Below, one piece after another: positions 46,674 through 57,479 of a stretch of 62,792 nucleotides of DNA (position 1 is its first letter; each line of letters begins with the position of its first letter). Location of the stretch: the NCBI GenBank assembly GCA_018056545.1, contig JAGPFL010000002.1, forward strand, positions 1 through 62,792. The letters run 5' to 3'. This DNA is from Syntrophobacterales bacterium. GTDB taxonomy: Bacteria > Desulfobacterota > Syntrophia > Syntrophales > UBA8958. Made by a program: the position numbers and the translations under genes. The notes beneath the pieces were generated by a model that saw nothing but the letters and a program-made list of their open reading frames with translations, searched no databases and was not told where the DNA came from.

Positions 46674-49082
46674 ATGAACGATAATAGGTTGGTCATCTGG
46701 TTCGACGAACTGCAATTGCGAGACATTCCCCAGGTGGGGGGGAAGAACGCCTCGCTGGGAGAAATGCGCCGGGAGTTGATTCCCAAGGGGGTGAACATCC
46801 CCGACGGATATGCGGTAACCGCCCACGCCTATCGTTACCTGCTGAAATCGGCCGGTATCGTCGAACAGATCAAGGCGGTGTTGTCCGATCTGGATACCCA
46901 CAATATCGAAAACCTCAAAATCCGGGGGCAGAAAATTCGGGAATTGATCTACAACGCCCCCTTCCCCGCCGACCTCACCGAGGCTATAATCGCCGCTTAC
47001 AGGAAACTCTGTGAAGAATATGGAGAAAACACCGATGTCGCGGTGAGGAGTTCCGCCACGGCGGAGGATCTTCCCGACGCCAGTTTTGCCGGCCAGCAGG
47101 AGACATACCTCAACATCACCGGCGAGAAGGCTTTGATCGAGGCCTGCAAACGTTGCTTCGCCTCGCTTTTCACCGACCGGGCCATTTCCTATCGCGTGGA
47201 CAAAGGCTTCGACCATCTGTCCATCGCTCTGTCCATCGGCGTCCAGAAGATGGTCCGTTCCGATCTCGCCGCCTCGGGTGTCATCTTCTCCATCGACACG
47301 GAATCGGGCTTCAAGGAAGCGGTCCTCATCACCGGGGCCTACGGTCTGGGTGAGACGGTGGTTCAAGGCACGGTGAATCCCGATGAATTCTATGTCTTCA
47401 AGCCGACCCTCAAACAGGGATACCGACCCATCGTTCAGAAGAAGCTGGGCACCAAGGAAAAAAAGATGGTTTACGCCGAGCATCAGGGCGGAGAAGCCAC
47501 GGAAACGGTATCCGTCCCCGTTGAGCAACGGCGCAGGTTCTGTCTTACCGATGACGAGATCCTGCAGTTGGCCCGGTGGACCACTATCATCGAAGACCAC
47601 TATTCCCAACAGGCCGGTTATTTCAAACCCATGGACATCGAATGGGGCAAAGACGGGCGCACGGGGGAACTCTTCATCCTTCAGGCCCGACCGGAAACGG
47701 TCCAGTCCCAGAAAGACGCCAGCGTCCTGGAAAGCTACGTGCTGATGGAACAAAAGAAGCCGCTCGTCACAGGTACGGCGGTAGGTTCCAAGATCGGCGC
47801 CGGTCCGGCCCATATCATCGAGTCGGTGGATGAGATCTCGACCTTCAAGAAGGGGGAGGTTCTGGTCACGGACATGACGGACCCGGACTGGGAACCGGTT
47901 ATGAAAATTGCCGCCGCCATCGTCACCAACAAGGGCGGCCGGACCTGCCATGCCGCCATTGTCAGCCGTGAGCTCGGCGTTCCCTGCATCGTAGGCACGG
48001 AAAACGGCACTACCGCTCTCCAGGGAGTGAAAGAGGCAACGGTGTCCTGCGCCGAAGGAGAAATCGGGAACGTCTATGAAGGCATTTTGAAATTCGACGT
48101 CCAACGGGTGGACGCCAAGAACCTGGAACGGCCCAAGACGCAGATCATGATGAACGTGGGGAATCCTGAAAACGCCTTCAATCTCGCGGCCATTCCCAAT
48201 GACGGCGTCGGTTTGGCCAGGCTGGAATTCATTATCAACCAGTTCATCAGCATCCATCCTATGGCCCTGATCCAGTTCGACAAGGTGACGGATCCGGCCA
48301 TCCGGGAAAAGATCGAAGCCCTCACCCATGGCTACGACAACCGGGCCGATTTCTTCGTGGACAAACTGGCCCAGGGGGTGGCCAAGATTGCCGCCGCCTT
48401 CTACCCCCATGACGTCATCGTCCGCATGAGCGATTTCAAGAGCAACGAATACAAGAACCTCATCGGCGGTCAGTATTTCGAGATGGATGAAGAAAACCCC
48501 ATGATCGGCTTCCGGGGCGCCTCCCGTTACTATGACGAACGGTACCGAGATGCCTTCGCCCTGGAGTGCGAGGCCATGAAAAAGGTGCGCAACGAGATGG
48601 GCCTGGTCAACGCCAAACTGATGATCCCCTTCTGCCGCACCGTGGAAGAGGGAAAGAAGGTCGTCGATCTCATGGCGGAAAAGGGACTGGTGCGCGGGGA
48701 AAACAATCTGGAAATCTATATGATGGTCGAAATCCCCAGCAATGTCATCCTCATCGAGGAATTCGGAAAGATATTCGACGGCTTCTCCATCGGCTCCAAC
48801 GACCTGACCCAACTCACCTTGGGCCTGGACCGCGACTCTTTCCTCATCTCTCATATCTTCGACGAGCGCAACCAGGCCGTCATGGATCTCATCCGAATCG
48901 CCATCACCAAGGCCAACAAGATGGGAAAGAAAATCGGTATCTGTGGCCAGGCCCCCAGCGATTACCCCGAATTCGCCCGGTTCCTCGTGGAATGCGGGAT
49001 CAGCAGTATCTCCCTGAACTCCGATACGGTGATCAAGACCACCATCGACATCAAGGAGACGGAAAAGGCACTGGGGAAATAG
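46674..49082 (+). CDS. ppsA: phosphoenolpyruvate synthase (pyruvate, water dikinase)
   Basis: 802 aa with the N-terminal ATP-grasp GGKNASLGEM. The phosphohistidine motif is TNKGGRTCHAAIVSRELGVPC. A C-terminal PEP-utilising TIM barrel is present. Confidence 0.93.
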   Translation: MNDNRLVIWFDELQLRDIPQVGGKNASLGEMRRELIPKGVNIPDGYAVTAHAYRYLLKSAGIVEQIKAVLSDLDTHNIENLKIRGQKIRELIYNAPFPADLTEAIIAAYRKLCEEYGENTDVAVRSSATAEDLPDASFAGQQETYLNITGEKALIEACKRCFASLFTDRAISYRVDKGFDHLSIALSIGVQKMVRSDLAASGVIFSIDTESGFKEAVLITGAYGLGETVVQGTVNPDEFYVFKPTLKQGYRPIVQKKLGTKEKKMVYAEHQGGEATETVSVPVEQRRRFCLTDDEILQLARWTTIIEDHYSQQAGYFKPMDIEWGKDGRTGELFILQARPETVQSQKDASVLESYVLMEQKKPLVTGTAVGSKIGAGPAHIIESVDEISTFKKGEVLVTDMTDPDWEPVMKIAAAIVTNKGGRTCHAAIVSRELGVPCIVGTENGTTALQGVKEATVSCAEGEIGNVYEGILKFDVQRVDAKNLERPKTQIMMNVGNPENAFNLAAIPNDGVGLARLEFIINQFISIHPMALIQFDKVTDPAIREKIEALTHGYDNRADFFVDKLAQGVAKIAAAFYPHDVIVRMSDFKSNEYKNLIGGQYFEMDEENPMIGFRGASRYYDERYRDAFALECEAMKKVRNEMGLVNAKLMIPFCRTVEEGKKVVDLMAEKGLVRGENNLEIYMMVEIPSNVILIEEFGKIFDGFSIGSNDLTQLTLGLDRDSFLISHIFDERNQAVMDLIRIAITKANKMGKKIGICGQAPSDYPEFARFLVECGISSISLNSDTVIKTTIDIKETEKALGK

Positions 49083-49214
49083 GGATACAATCACCGGCAG
49101 GGAAGCCTTTGGGGCTTGTATTCCCTCCTGCAAACTCCTCTTCGGAGGTGCGTGAGTTGCGGCAGCAAAAATAGTTTTTAGCCACGGCAGCGTTGCCGCA
49201 AGCGGAAGCAATAT

Positions 49215-49260
49215 AAATAAAGAAGGGGGCGGTGTTGATCCACCGCCCCCTTCTTTATTT
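49215..49260. terminator. bidirectional terminator between ppsA and rnpB
   Basis: Perfect 20-bp stem AAATAAAGAAGGGGGCGGTG-TTGATC-CACCGCCCCCTTCTTTATTT. Confidence 0.8.
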
Positions 49261-49261
49261 C

Positions 49262-49662
49262 AGGGATGTCCGAGGAGGTCGTAAGCCGAGTTCTGTTCCG
49301 GCCCAGGGTCGCCCCGGGACCGGCGATGATCATTCCTCTGGGACGGCGGTTGCCCGCCGCCTCAAGCAACCTACCCGAGAACATCGGACGGGCCGTCCTC
49401 GATCGTTCTCCTATTCGGTCTTGCTCCGGATGGGGTTTACCGTGCCTCCCCTGTCACCAGAGGAGCGGTGAGCTCTTACCTCGCCTTTTCACCCTTACCC
49501 GCCCGGAGTCATGCTCCGTGAAGCGGGCGGTATATTTTCTGTGGCACTTTCCTTAGGGTCGCCCCCAGTCGCCGTTAGCGACCATCCTGCCCTGCGGAGC
49601 TCGGACTTTCCTCCCGCCCGGATGTGCCGGACGGGCGATCATCTGACCTTCTCAGACATCGT
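49262..49662 (-). ncRNA. rnpB: RNase P RNA, bacterial type A
   Basis: The minus strand contains the universally conserved blocks GGAGGAAAGTCCGAGCTCC, GGTAAGGGTGAAAAGG, GGTAAGAGCTCACC and GGCACGGTAAACCCCATCCGGAGCAAG. It also contains GGGTAGGTTGCTTGAGG and ACAGAACTCGGCTTAC. P1 pairs GATGTCTGAGAAGGTC with GACCTCCTCGGACATC. Ends are approximate. Confidence 0.92.
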
Positions 49663-49671
49663 CTTTTGTCT

Positions 49672-50388
49672 TTAGCCGCTTTGGTCGTACCAGTAAATTA
49701 TCCGGCGGCAATTGGGGCACATAATCAGTTCCTCCGTCTCCTCCAGCAATTCGTTATAGAGCTGGGGGGGAATGTTCATGTGGCAGCCGTCGCAGGTTTC
49801 CCGCCAGGCGGAAACCACCGCCAGACCCTGGTTAACGTTTCTTATTATATCATATTTTTTCAGGATTTCCTTCGGGATCTGCCCCCGAAGCTCCTCACAC
49901 CGTCGTTGTCGGTCACGGAACTGGGATTCTATGGAGCCGAGCTTTTTTTCTATTTCCGCCCGTTCGCCCGCATACCTTTTTTCCATCGCGGCAAACTCAC
50001 GATCCTTTTCCGCCAGGGCGGCCTTCATACCGTCGATCTCCTCAAGGATGGAGATGATCTTGTCCTCCACGACGCCGTTTTTTTGTTCCAGCGTTTCGAT
50101 CTCCTTCAAGACCGCCTGATATTCCTTATTGGATTTCACCTCATGAACCCGGTCTCGGGTCTTGCGGAGTTGCTCGACCCCCTTTTTCAAGGCGTCTTCC
50201 AGCTCCCGGTGCTGTTTGTACTTCGCCTCCAACCGGCTCTTCTCCTCCTCCATGCCGGCCTTGCAGACGCCAAAGGACTCGTCGAGCTTTGCCAACTGCA
50301 CCGGCAACTCCCTTTTGCTGAGGAGAATCTTTTGCATTTCCGTATCCGTCTTCTGGAGTTCGATGAGATGAACCAGATTGATGTTCAA
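49672..50388 (-). CDS. coiled-coil zinc-ribbon protein (COG1579-like)
   Basis: 238 aa with a long coiled coil. The C-terminal zinc ribbon is CDGCHMNIP...CPNCRRI. Confidence 0.75.
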   Translation of the reverse strand: MNINLVHLIELQKTDTEMQKILLSKRELPVQLAKLDESFGVCKAGMEEEKSRLEAKYKQHRELEDALKKGVEQLRKTRDRVHEVKSNKEYQAVLKEIETLEQKNGVVEDKIISILEEIDGMKAALAEKDREFAAMEKRYAGERAEIEKKLGSIESQFRDRQRRCEELRGQIPKEILKKYDIIRNVNQGLAVVSAWRETCDGCHMNIPPQLYNELLEETEELIMCPNCRRIIYWYDQSG

Positions 50389-50532
50389 TTATCTTCCCCT
50401 TTCTTATCCCACACAAGACAAAAAAAAGTGCACCTGGAACAAGGTGCACTTTCCTGGCAGGAAGTCCTTCTTTCCTGTCATCTCTGTTTGATCATTTCCC
50501 GTCAATAGGCGATATCTTCTATCCATATATAA

Positions 50533-50608
50533 TGGTGGGCCCACCTGGGTTCGAACCAGGGACCTACCGGTTATGAGCCGGTGGCTCTGCCAATTGAGCT
50601 ATGGGCCC
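50533..50608 (-). tRNA. tRNA-Met (anticodon CAT), elongator type; an Ile2 (lysidine) identity cannot be excluded
   Basis: 76-nt cloverleaf GGGCCCA-TA-GCTC-AATTGGCA-GAGC-C-ACCGG-CTCATAA-CCGGT-AGGTC-CCTGG-TTCGAAC-CCAGG-TGGGCCC-A-CCA. The G1-C72 pair argues against an initiator. Confidence 0.9.
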
Positions 50609-50756
50609 CCACATATCTCCTTCCGCAATGAACGATCCAGATATACTCAAACCGGCAAGATGTCAATAGCTTCTTTGGGCCTCCATACTTCCTGCCCCTA
50701 CGGAGCGGACAATTTGCCTATCCCGGCCGTGGGCAACCGACATCAAGCCCCTCCCC

Positions 50757-52505
50757 CTACGTCGGCCGGACAAGCTTCCGGCGGGACGGGTTCCGGAGTT
50801 TGCGAACGCCGTTGTTCTCCCCGTGCCGGGTCATCTCGAGCGACAGGTTCATCGGCGTTTCTTTGAGTTCCTCCGTGGAAACATCCACCCGCTCGCTGAT
50901 CCCGAAGCGCATCCGCAACACCTTCTCTTCCCGGGGTGTCAGCGTCGCCAGGATCTTCCGCGTTTGTTCGGCGAGATCCATGCTGATGGTCGCCTCGGAA
51001 GGAGACATGATCTTCTTGTCTTCAATAAAATCGCCCAGATGTGAATCTTCCTCTTCACCGATAGGCGTTTCCAGAGAAATCGGTTCTTTGGCTATTTTCA
51101 GGACCTTGCGCACCTTTTCCAGGGGGAATTCCATCTTGGCGGCAATCTCCTCGGGAGCGGGTTCACGACCCAGTTCCTGGACGAGGTATCGGGACGTGCG
51201 GATCAGCTTGTTGATCGTTTCGATCATATGCACCGGGATGCGGATCGTGCGGGCCTGATCGGCGATGGCCCGGGTAATGGCCTGGCGGATCCACCAGGTG
51301 GCATAGGTGGAAAATTTATAGCCCCGCTGATACTCGAACTTGTCCACAGCCTTCATCAAGCCGATATTGCCCTCCTGGATCAAATCGAGGAACTGCAGGC
51401 CCCGGTTGGTGTATTTCTTGGCGATACTCACCACTAACCGGAGGTTGGCCTCCACAAGGGTTTTCTTGGCCATTTCCGCCTTCGCCTCTCCCTCTTCGAT
51501 GGTGGCCACCACCTTTTTCAATTCCGTCACCGACAACCCCGTCTCCTGGACTACCTTCTTTTTTCTGCGGTTCGCCTCCTTGATGATCACCTCGGCTTCC
51601 TTGAGTTTATCCAGCGATACCCCCAGTTCCTTGGCGGTTTGCAGTTGGGTCTTTCGATCCGCCCGGAGGCGGCTCCAGGCCTTTTCCAGTTGGGTGAGAG
51701 ACAGGCGGGTGCTCTCCTTGCAGCGTCGGATATCCTCTTCCGCCTTTTCCACCTCGGCGATAAACTGTTTGAGGATGGAAACCATACGGTCAATCTGCCG
51801 CTTGCTGAAACGCACCTTGCGACAATCCCGGATGATGGCCTTGGCGTTCTTTTCCAGGGCCTTTTCGTGCACGAGCCGCTGTTCCGCAGAAATACTCCTG
51901 TCCTTCATCATTTCCCGGATCCGGTCGTTTTTCCGGCTCAGGGAGGTAATTCTATCGATGAGGCGCAGGACCCGGTCACGATGAAGGTCCTCCTCGACGA
52001 AACCATCTTCATCCTCGAGGTTGTCCACGACATTCTTGATCCGCAGCTCGCCGCTGCGGAGCTTCCTGCCGATTTCTACGACCTCCTTGACACAGACATC
52101 GACGCTGAAGACGGAGTCCATCGTGTCCCGGATACCTTCTTCGATCTTTTTGGCAATCTCCACTTCTCCCTCCCGACTCAGGAGGGCCACCATTCCCATC
52201 TCCCGGAGGTACATCTTCACGGGATCGCCGGTTTTACCCACTACGGGCATCAGGCCGAGGAGGTCTTCGTCCTTGCTTCCGGCCAGTTCGTCCGCCGCTT
52301 TCTTTACGACCAGCTTCTCACCTTTGTCCGTATCGATGATATCGATGTTCTTCTCCCCGAAAAGCATGATGATATCGTCGATCTGATCGGAAGAAATGAT
52401 GTCCGACGGCAGAAGGTCGTTGACGTCGTCATAGGTCAAAAAACCCTTTTCCTCCCCCAGGGACATCAATTTCTTAAATTCCTCGGACTGGATGTCTTTT
52501 CCCAT
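50757..52505 (-). CDS. rpoD: RNA polymerase primary-type sigma factor RpoD with divergent region 4.2
   Basis: Starts at [10 protein letters not shown] (ATG 52505, GGAGGG RBS). Regions 1.2-4.1 are canonical ([39 protein letters not shown]..., TIRIPVHM). It lies downstream of dnaG. The last ~30 aa deviate from the invariant [13 protein letters not shown]. Confidence 0.88.
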   Translation of the reverse strand: MGKDIQSEEFKKLMSLGEEKGFLTYDDVNDLLPSDIISSDQIDDIIMLFGEKNIDIIDTDKGEKLVVKKAADELAGSKDEDLLGLMPVVGKTGDPVKMYLREMGMVALLSREGEVEIAKKIEEGIRDTMDSVFSVDVCVKEVVEIGRKLRSGELRIKNVVDNLEDEDGFVEEDLHRDRVLRLIDRITSLSRKNDRIREMMKDRSISAEQRLVHEKALEKNAKAIIRDCRKVRFSKRQIDRMVSILKQFIAEVEKAEEDIRRCKESTRLSLTQLEKAWSRLRADRKTQLQTAKELGVSLDKLKEAEVIIKEANRRKKKVVQETGLSVTELKKVVATIEEGEAKAEMAKKTLVEANLRLVVSIAKKYTNRGLQFLDLIQEGNIGLMKAVDKFEYQRGYKFSTYATWWIRQAITRAIADQARTIRIPVHMIETINKLIRTSRYLVQELGREPAPEEIAAKMEFPLEKVRKVLKIAKEPISLETPIGEEEDSHLGDFIEDKKIMSPSEATISMDLAEQTRKILATLTPREEKVLRMRFGISERVDVSTEELKETPMNLSLEMTRHGENNGVRKLRNPSRRKLVRPT

Positions 52506-52518
52506 AAAGCCCTCCAAC

Positions 52519-54306
52519 TTATCCTTTCAATAGTGCGGCATTCTCCTCCGCCAGCAGCTTCGCCTTATCCGCCAGCAGACGCTGGCACAGCTCCAGATCC
52601 ATCGCCTGTTGGGCCCGCACCAGCATCGTATTCAAAGACCGCCTTTTTTCCTTGAACCACTTGCGTTTGATCTGCCGGATCATATCGCGGCATATCCTTT
52701 CCACCGTCTCGCCGTCCCAGGAGACCGACTCGATAATCCGGCTCAGGACGTCCTCGCGGGGGACCCCGTCGCCGAGGACGGAGAGCAAATCATCCACATC
52801 AATCATGCCCCGGCGCTGATAATATGCCGCCGCCGCCGCCCCCAGGTTTTTCAATTCTTCGTTCTGAAAGTAACGCAGGACGTCACTGGCGTTCATCTCC
52901 GCAATCTGCCCGGGATGATCGAGAATCAGGGAAATGAACTTCATCTCCAGCTCCGGGACGGAACGGTTGCTCGGCGGCTTCTGCCTGTCCCCGTTCTTTA
53001 CCGCCGTTTTCCGCCCTCTGCCCTTAACAATCTCCGCCTTGAGGACCTCCTCATCGACGCCGATCCGCTCCGCAACCCGTTTGATGAAGAGGTTACGCTC
53101 CGCATCGTTGTCCATTTTGACCAGGAAAGACATGGCTTCCCGAAGGGCATCCCGACCATCCTCAAAAATCGCCGCGCTGCCCACCAGGTTATCCAGATAA
53201 TACTCCACCGCCGGCGGCGCCTCTGCCATCAACCTGAGGAATTCCTCCCTACCCGCCCGGCGGACAAAATCATCGGGATCGGTACCCTCGGGTAGCATCA
53301 CCGCCCGCATATGGAGATTGCCCGCGATGAAAAGGGGCAGGCTGCGGGCCAGCGCCTTCCTACCCGCCGCGTCCCCGTCGAAGACCACGGCGGCTTCCTG
53401 GGTGTATCTGCGGAGCAGCTCGATATGATCGCGGGTGAGGGCTGTTCCCATAGTGGCCACTACATTGCCGATCCCGGCGTTCCAGAGCGCCAATAGATCG
53501 AAATAACCCTCCACCAGGACTGCATATCCGTATTTTCGGATCTCCTCCCGGGCCTTGCTTAGGCCATAGAGGTTACGGCCCTTGCTGAAGAGCGCCGACT
53601 CGGGAGAGTTCAGATACTTGGGGGTTTCCTCTCCCAGCGTCCGGCCGCCAAACCCGATTATCTGTCCCCCCGGATCCTCAATGGGGAAGATGAGACGGCC
53701 CCGGAAGCGGTCATAAAGATCCCCCCGACCGCTTTTGCTCAAGAGTCCCGCCTCCTCGGCCAGGGAGAGGGGTATCTTTCTCCGCTCCAGGAAATCCTTG
53801 AGGTGCCTCCAACCCGGGAGGGCGTACCCGAGACGGAATTCCTTCACCGCCGCGGCGCCGATTCCCCGCTGCTCCAGGTATTGCCGAGCGACGCTGCCCT
53901 CCGGACCCTGCAAGCGCTCTGCGTAGAAACCCGTCGCCATTATGTGCAGCTGGAGCATTCGTTCCCGGAGGGAAAGTCGGTCCCGATCCTGGGCGGTCAA
54001 GGGTTTGACAGGGAGGGTTACCCCTGTCCTCTTGGCCAGTTGCCTTACCGCTTCGGGAAAGGAAAGGCCGTCGTGCTTCATGACGAAGGTGATGGCGTTT
54101 CCCCCCTCGCCACATCCGAAGCAGTAAAAGATCTGCTTTTCCGGATTCACCGTAAAGGAGGGCGTTTTCTCCTGATGGAAAGGACAGAGGCCGATGAAGC
54201 TCCGACCCGCCTGTTTCAGATTCACGTAACCCGCCACCAGATCCACGATATTGATCCGTCTTTTGATTTCGTCGATCTTGTCTTCGGGAATCGAACCTTT
54301 TGTCAT
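52519..54306 (-). CDS. dnaG: DNA primase
   Basis: 595 aa with the zinc finger [13 protein letters not shown]...YCFGCGEGG and TOPRIM motif EGYFDLL. Confidence 0.92.
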   Translation of the reverse strand: MTKGSIPEDKIDEIKRRINIVDLVAGYVNLKQAGRSFIGLCPFHQEKTPSFTVNPEKQIFYCFGCGEGGNAITFVMKHDGLSFPEAVRQLAKRTGVTLPVKPLTAQDRDRLSLRERMLQLHIMATGFYAERLQGPEGSVARQYLEQRGIGAAAVKEFRLGYALPGWRHLKDFLERRKIPLSLAEEAGLLSKSGRGDLYDRFRGRLIFPIEDPGGQIIGFGGRTLGEETPKYLNSPESALFSKGRNLYGLSKAREEIRKYGYAVLVEGYFDLLALWNAGIGNVVATMGTALTRDHIELLRRYTQEAAVVFDGDAAGRKALARSLPLFIAGNLHMRAVMLPEGTDPDDFVRRAGREEFLRLMAEAPPAVEYYLDNLVGSAAIFEDGRDALREAMSFLVKMDNDAERNLFIKRVAERIGVDEEVLKAEIVKGRGRKTAVKNGDRQKPPSNRSVPELEMKFISLILDHPGQIAEMNASDVLRYFQNEELKNLGAAAAAYYQRRGMIDVDDLLSVLGDGVPREDVLSRIIESVSWDGETVERICRDMIRQIKRKWFKEKRRSLNTMLVRAQQAMDLELCQRLLADKAKLLAEENAALLKG

Positions 54307-54314
54307 CGACGGCG

Positions 54315-54761
54315 TTAACCTGTCAGCCTCGCCTTGACCTTTTCACTGACCATCTTACCGTCGGCTCTGCCGCTGATCACGGGCATGAGGGCCTTCATGA
54401 CCTTGCCCATGTCCTTCGGTCCCGCCGCCCCCGTTTCCGCTACGGCCTTTTCAATGACCGCCGTCAGCTCCTCCTCGGAAAACGGCTGTGGCATGAACTC
54501 CTGTATTATCTTGAGCTCCGCCGTCTCCTTCTCCACCAGGTCCATCCGGTTGCCCTTCTCGAACTGTTCGATAGAATCCCGACGCTGCTTCACCATGCCC
54601 GCGAGCACCTGGAGGAACTCAGCCTCGGCAAGTTCCCGTTTCAGGTCTATCTCCCGGTTGTGGACACCGTTCTTGATCAATCTAAGGGCCGACAAACGGA
54701 TCTTGTCTTTCGACTTGGCCGCCTTGATCAATTCCTCTTCCAGTTTCTTTTTCAGTTCCAT
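54315..54761 (-). CDS. GatB/YqeY domain-containing protein
   Basis: 148 aa from MELKKKLEEELIKA. It lies upstream of dnaG, as in many bacteria. Confidence 0.8.
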   Translation of the reverse strand: MELKKKLEEELIKAAKSKDKIRLSALRLIKNGVHNREIDLKRELAEAEFLQVLAGMVKQRRDSIEQFEKGNRMDLVEKETAELKIIQEFMPQPFSEEELTAVIEKAVAETGAAGPKDMGKVMKALMPVISGRADGKMVSEKVKARLTG

Positions 54762-54844
54762 GTCTTTCCATCCTCTGCCATAGCCTTGAACCCTGTGTTT
54801 TAACTTACTCACCCTTTGTCCGTTGTCAACGAGGGGTGCGTTTT

Positions 54845-55189
54845 TTATCCCAATCCGTCCGCCAGCTTTCTCCCCCCTAGGAGATGCATGTGGAGGTGGA
54901 AGACAACCTGCCCGCCCTCTTCGTTACAGTTGATCACGGTGCGGAAGCCCCGCCGGTCGACGCCCTTCTTTTTTGCCACCTCCTGGGCCGCCCTCATCAG
55001 GGCGCCGGACAATGCCATGTCCTCACCGGCGAGATCGAGGAGAGTGGGAAAATGTCTTTTGGGAACCACGACCACATGCACCGGTGCCATGGGGTGGATG
55101 TCGTCGAAGGCCAGAACCTCTTCATCCTCATAGACCTTTTGGCATGGTATGTCACCCTTGACAATCTTACAGAAGATACAATCGTCCAT
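54845..55189 (-). CDS. histidine triad (HIT) family nucleotide hydrolase
   Basis: 114 aa with CIFCKI and the HIT motif HLHMHLLGG. Confidence 0.88.
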   Translation of the reverse strand: MDDCIFCKIVKGDIPCQKVYEDEEVLAFDDIHPMAPVHVVVVPKRHFPTLLDLAGEDMALSGALMRAAQEVAKKKGVDRRGFRTVINCNEEGGQVVFHLHMHLLGGRKLADGLG

Positions 55190-55226
55190 AATCCATTCCT
55201 CCTATCTGCGATATTTCCGGCGGCGG

Positions 55227-55961
55227 TCATTCCCGCGGCATTTTTGCCCTGTGAACCGCCGCCGCCAGAGACAGGGCACCCGTATAAAGGGCCCGCCCCG
55301 CTATCACACCGATGACTCCCGCGTCTTCTATTTCCAGCACCCTTTCGATGTCCGCCAGGCCGCTCACCCCTCCGGAGGCGATGACGGGGATGTTTGTCGC
55401 CTCGGCAAGTGATCTGGTGGCCTGGATATTTATGCCGGTCGCCATTCCATCCCGTTTGATGTCCGTATAAATCACCGCCGCAAGCCCGCAGTCTGCAAAG
55501 GAGCGGGTCAGTTCCACCGCCGTCTGTGCCGTCGTTTCCGTCCATCCCTGGACGGAAACCATGCCGTCGCGGGCATCGATGCCCAGAATGATCTGATCGG
55601 CGAAATCCCGGCAGGCTTCCCGGACCAGACCGGGGTTTCTGAGGGCGGCGGTGCCCAGAATGACCCAGCGAAGGCCAAGGCGCAGATAATCGGCCACCGT
55701 ATCCAGATCCCTAATACCTCCGCCCAGTTCCACGGGAATGGAGACGGCGTGGACGATATCCCGAACGGCTTCCCGGTTTCGCGGCGATCCGGCCAGGGAG
55801 CCGTCGAGATCGACAACGTGGATCCGCTCGGCACCCTGCTCCTGCCAACGGCGGGCCACCTCGGCGGGATGGTCACTGTATACGGTTTCGCGCCGAAAGT
55901 CCCCCTGGGCCAGGCGCACACACCTTCCATCCTTGAGATCGATTGCCGGAATAACGATCAT
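55227..55961 (-). CDS. hisA: ProFAR isomerase (1-(5-phosphoribosyl)-5-[(5-phosphoribosylamino)methylideneamino]imidazole-4-carboxamide isomerase)
   Basis: Starts at [22 protein letters not shown], with later motifs VVDLDG and ASGGVS. Confidence 0.88.
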   Translation of the reverse strand: MIVIPAIDLKDGRCVRLAQGDFRRETVYSDHPAEVARRWQEQGAERIHVVDLDGSLAGSPRNREAVRDIVHAVSIPVELGGGIRDLDTVADYLRLGLRWVILGTAALRNPGLVREACRDFADQIILGIDARDGMVSVQGWTETTAQTAVELTRSFADCGLAAVIYTDIKRDGMATGINIQATRSLAEATNIPVIASGGVSGLADIERVLEIEDAGVIGVIAGRALYTGALSLAAAVHRAKMPRE

Positions 55962-56119
55962 CTCATCTTTCCATCGAAAAAAAATTTCGGAATTCCGCTG
56001 GGAAATTCCGATCATAACTGCCGTGGGGAATGAACACGGGCATCCTTTGTTTCAATCTTTCCCGGAATCATGGCCGCCGGTGAGGCATCAGGCTTACCCC
56101 CCGGCTGCGTCGGCCCCGG

Positions 56120-56845
56120 TCACTCACCGGTCGCCGTTTTCTTTGTTTCCTTATCCAACCCGGGAAATCCTTTGAGGACATCCGTCATGCCCTGCCCCGC
56201 CAGTTCCTTCGCCGTCAGCCAGCGTCCCCGGTCCTTTACGAAGTAAGAGGCACCCAAGACATTTTCCATGAGCGACTTCTGGGTCTTGTCGAAAATCCCC
56301 TTCCAGACCATGTTCCCATCTTGAACGCGGTAGAGTTGGAGTTCAAAGAAAATCGAAGCCGGTTTCTCCACGGAATAATCGTACCCCCGCCGTTCCCGCC
56401 AGCGGTACAGATACCCCACGACGATACCGTCGGCGTCAAGCTCCCGTCCCGACGCCTTCAGGGCCTCGATCATGGTGACCTTGAGCGAACCGGTGCTCAC
56501 CCCGTCGTAAATACCCCCCACCCGGTCCGGGGAGACAAGATCGAACTGGGGGCGTCCGGCCATCCCCGCCAGGAAAAGATCCTGGAGATAACGTTCGGGA
56601 CTTGTCGCTTCGTTGTCCGTCTTGAGAATCGTTGCGGGCAGAGAACTGTGGACCCCGTATGTCGCCACCACCTCCGGAGAAACCCGCTGAAAGGGCATGA
56701 CGGCAATACGGCGAAAAACCACCTCCCGGTCTTTCAACAGGGAGGTGGATACCCCGCTGGCGCTCTGACAACCAGTAGTGACAGCTATCAGGAAGAGCAG
56801 CCACCCCATTGGAAAAGTCCACTTTATTCCCTTGTTCACGATCAT
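56120..56845 (-). CDS. lipoprotein of unknown function
   Basis: Lipobox LIAVTTGC. 241 aa. It sits between hisB and hisA. Confidence 0.6.
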   Translation of the reverse strand: MIVNKGIKWTFPMGWLLFLIAVTTGCQSASGVSTSLLKDREVVFRRIAVMPFQRVSPEVVATYGVHSSLPATILKTDNEATSPERYLQDLFLAGMAGRPQFDLVSPDRVGGIYDGVSTGSLKVTMIEALKASGRELDADGIVVGYLYRWRERRGYDYSVEKPASIFFELQLYRVQDGNMVWKGIFDKTQKSLMENVLGASYFVKDRGRWLTAKELAGQGMTDVLKGFPGLDKETKKTATGE

Positions 56846-56865
56846 ATTTGTAGTCTTTGATTTTG

Positions 56866-57450
56866 TCAGAGCATCCCTTTTGTGGACATGACGCCCCGGA
56901 TACGGTCGTCATGCTGCACGGCCCGGCGCAACGCCAAGGCAAAGGACTTGAAAACGGCCTCGGCTATATGATGATTGTTCTTACCATAGAGGACATTGAC
57001 GTGCAAGGTGATTCCACCGTGATCGGAGAGGGCCTTGAAAAACTCCCGGAGCAGCGAGGCATCGAATTCCCCGATGCGGGCCTCTCCCAGCTCCGCGTGA
57101 TAGATGAGGTAGGGTCGTCCCGACAGATCGATAACGACACTGCACAGGCTTTCATCCATGGGTGCCAGCGCCGCTCCGTAACGGGCTATCCCCTCCTTGC
57201 CCCCTAGGGCTTTCTTTATGGCCATCCCCAGGCAGATGCCCAGATCCTCGACCAAATGATGATCGTCCACTTCCCGGTCTCCCTTCCCGGCGATTTTGAG
57301 ATCGAAAAGACCGTGACGGGCGAAAAGATTGAGCATGTGATCCATGAAAGGCACCGAGGTGGTGATTTCCCCCCGGCCGGAACCGTCGAGCTCGATTTCC
57401 AGATCGATGGACGTCTCGCCGGTTTTCCTTTTGACCTTGCCCTTACGCAT
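56866..57450 (-). CDS. hisB: imidazoleglycerol-phosphate dehydratase
   Basis: Starts at [23 protein letters not shown], with [11 protein letters not shown] and [11 protein letters not shown]. Confidence 0.9.
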   Translation of the reverse strand: MRKGKVKRKTGETSIDLEIELDGSGRGEITTSVPFMDHMLNLFARHGLFDLKIAGKGDREVDDHHLVEDLGICLGMAIKKALGGKEGIARYGAALAPMDESLCSVVIDLSGRPYLIYHAELGEARIGEFDASLLREFFKALSDHGGITLHVNVLYGKNNHHIAEAVFKSFALALRRAVQHDDRIRGVMSTKGML

Positions 57451-57479
57451 AGTCACCCCCACCAAGCTTATGGAAAGAT

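Noticed and set aside
50757-50900. Explaining the odd RpoD C-terminus by compensating frameshifts or a small inversion.
   Set aside because: I translated the two alternative frames and the reverse complement by hand. One frame hits a stop and none contains [9 protein letters not shown]-like sequence. The divergence is kept as a finding rather than explained away.
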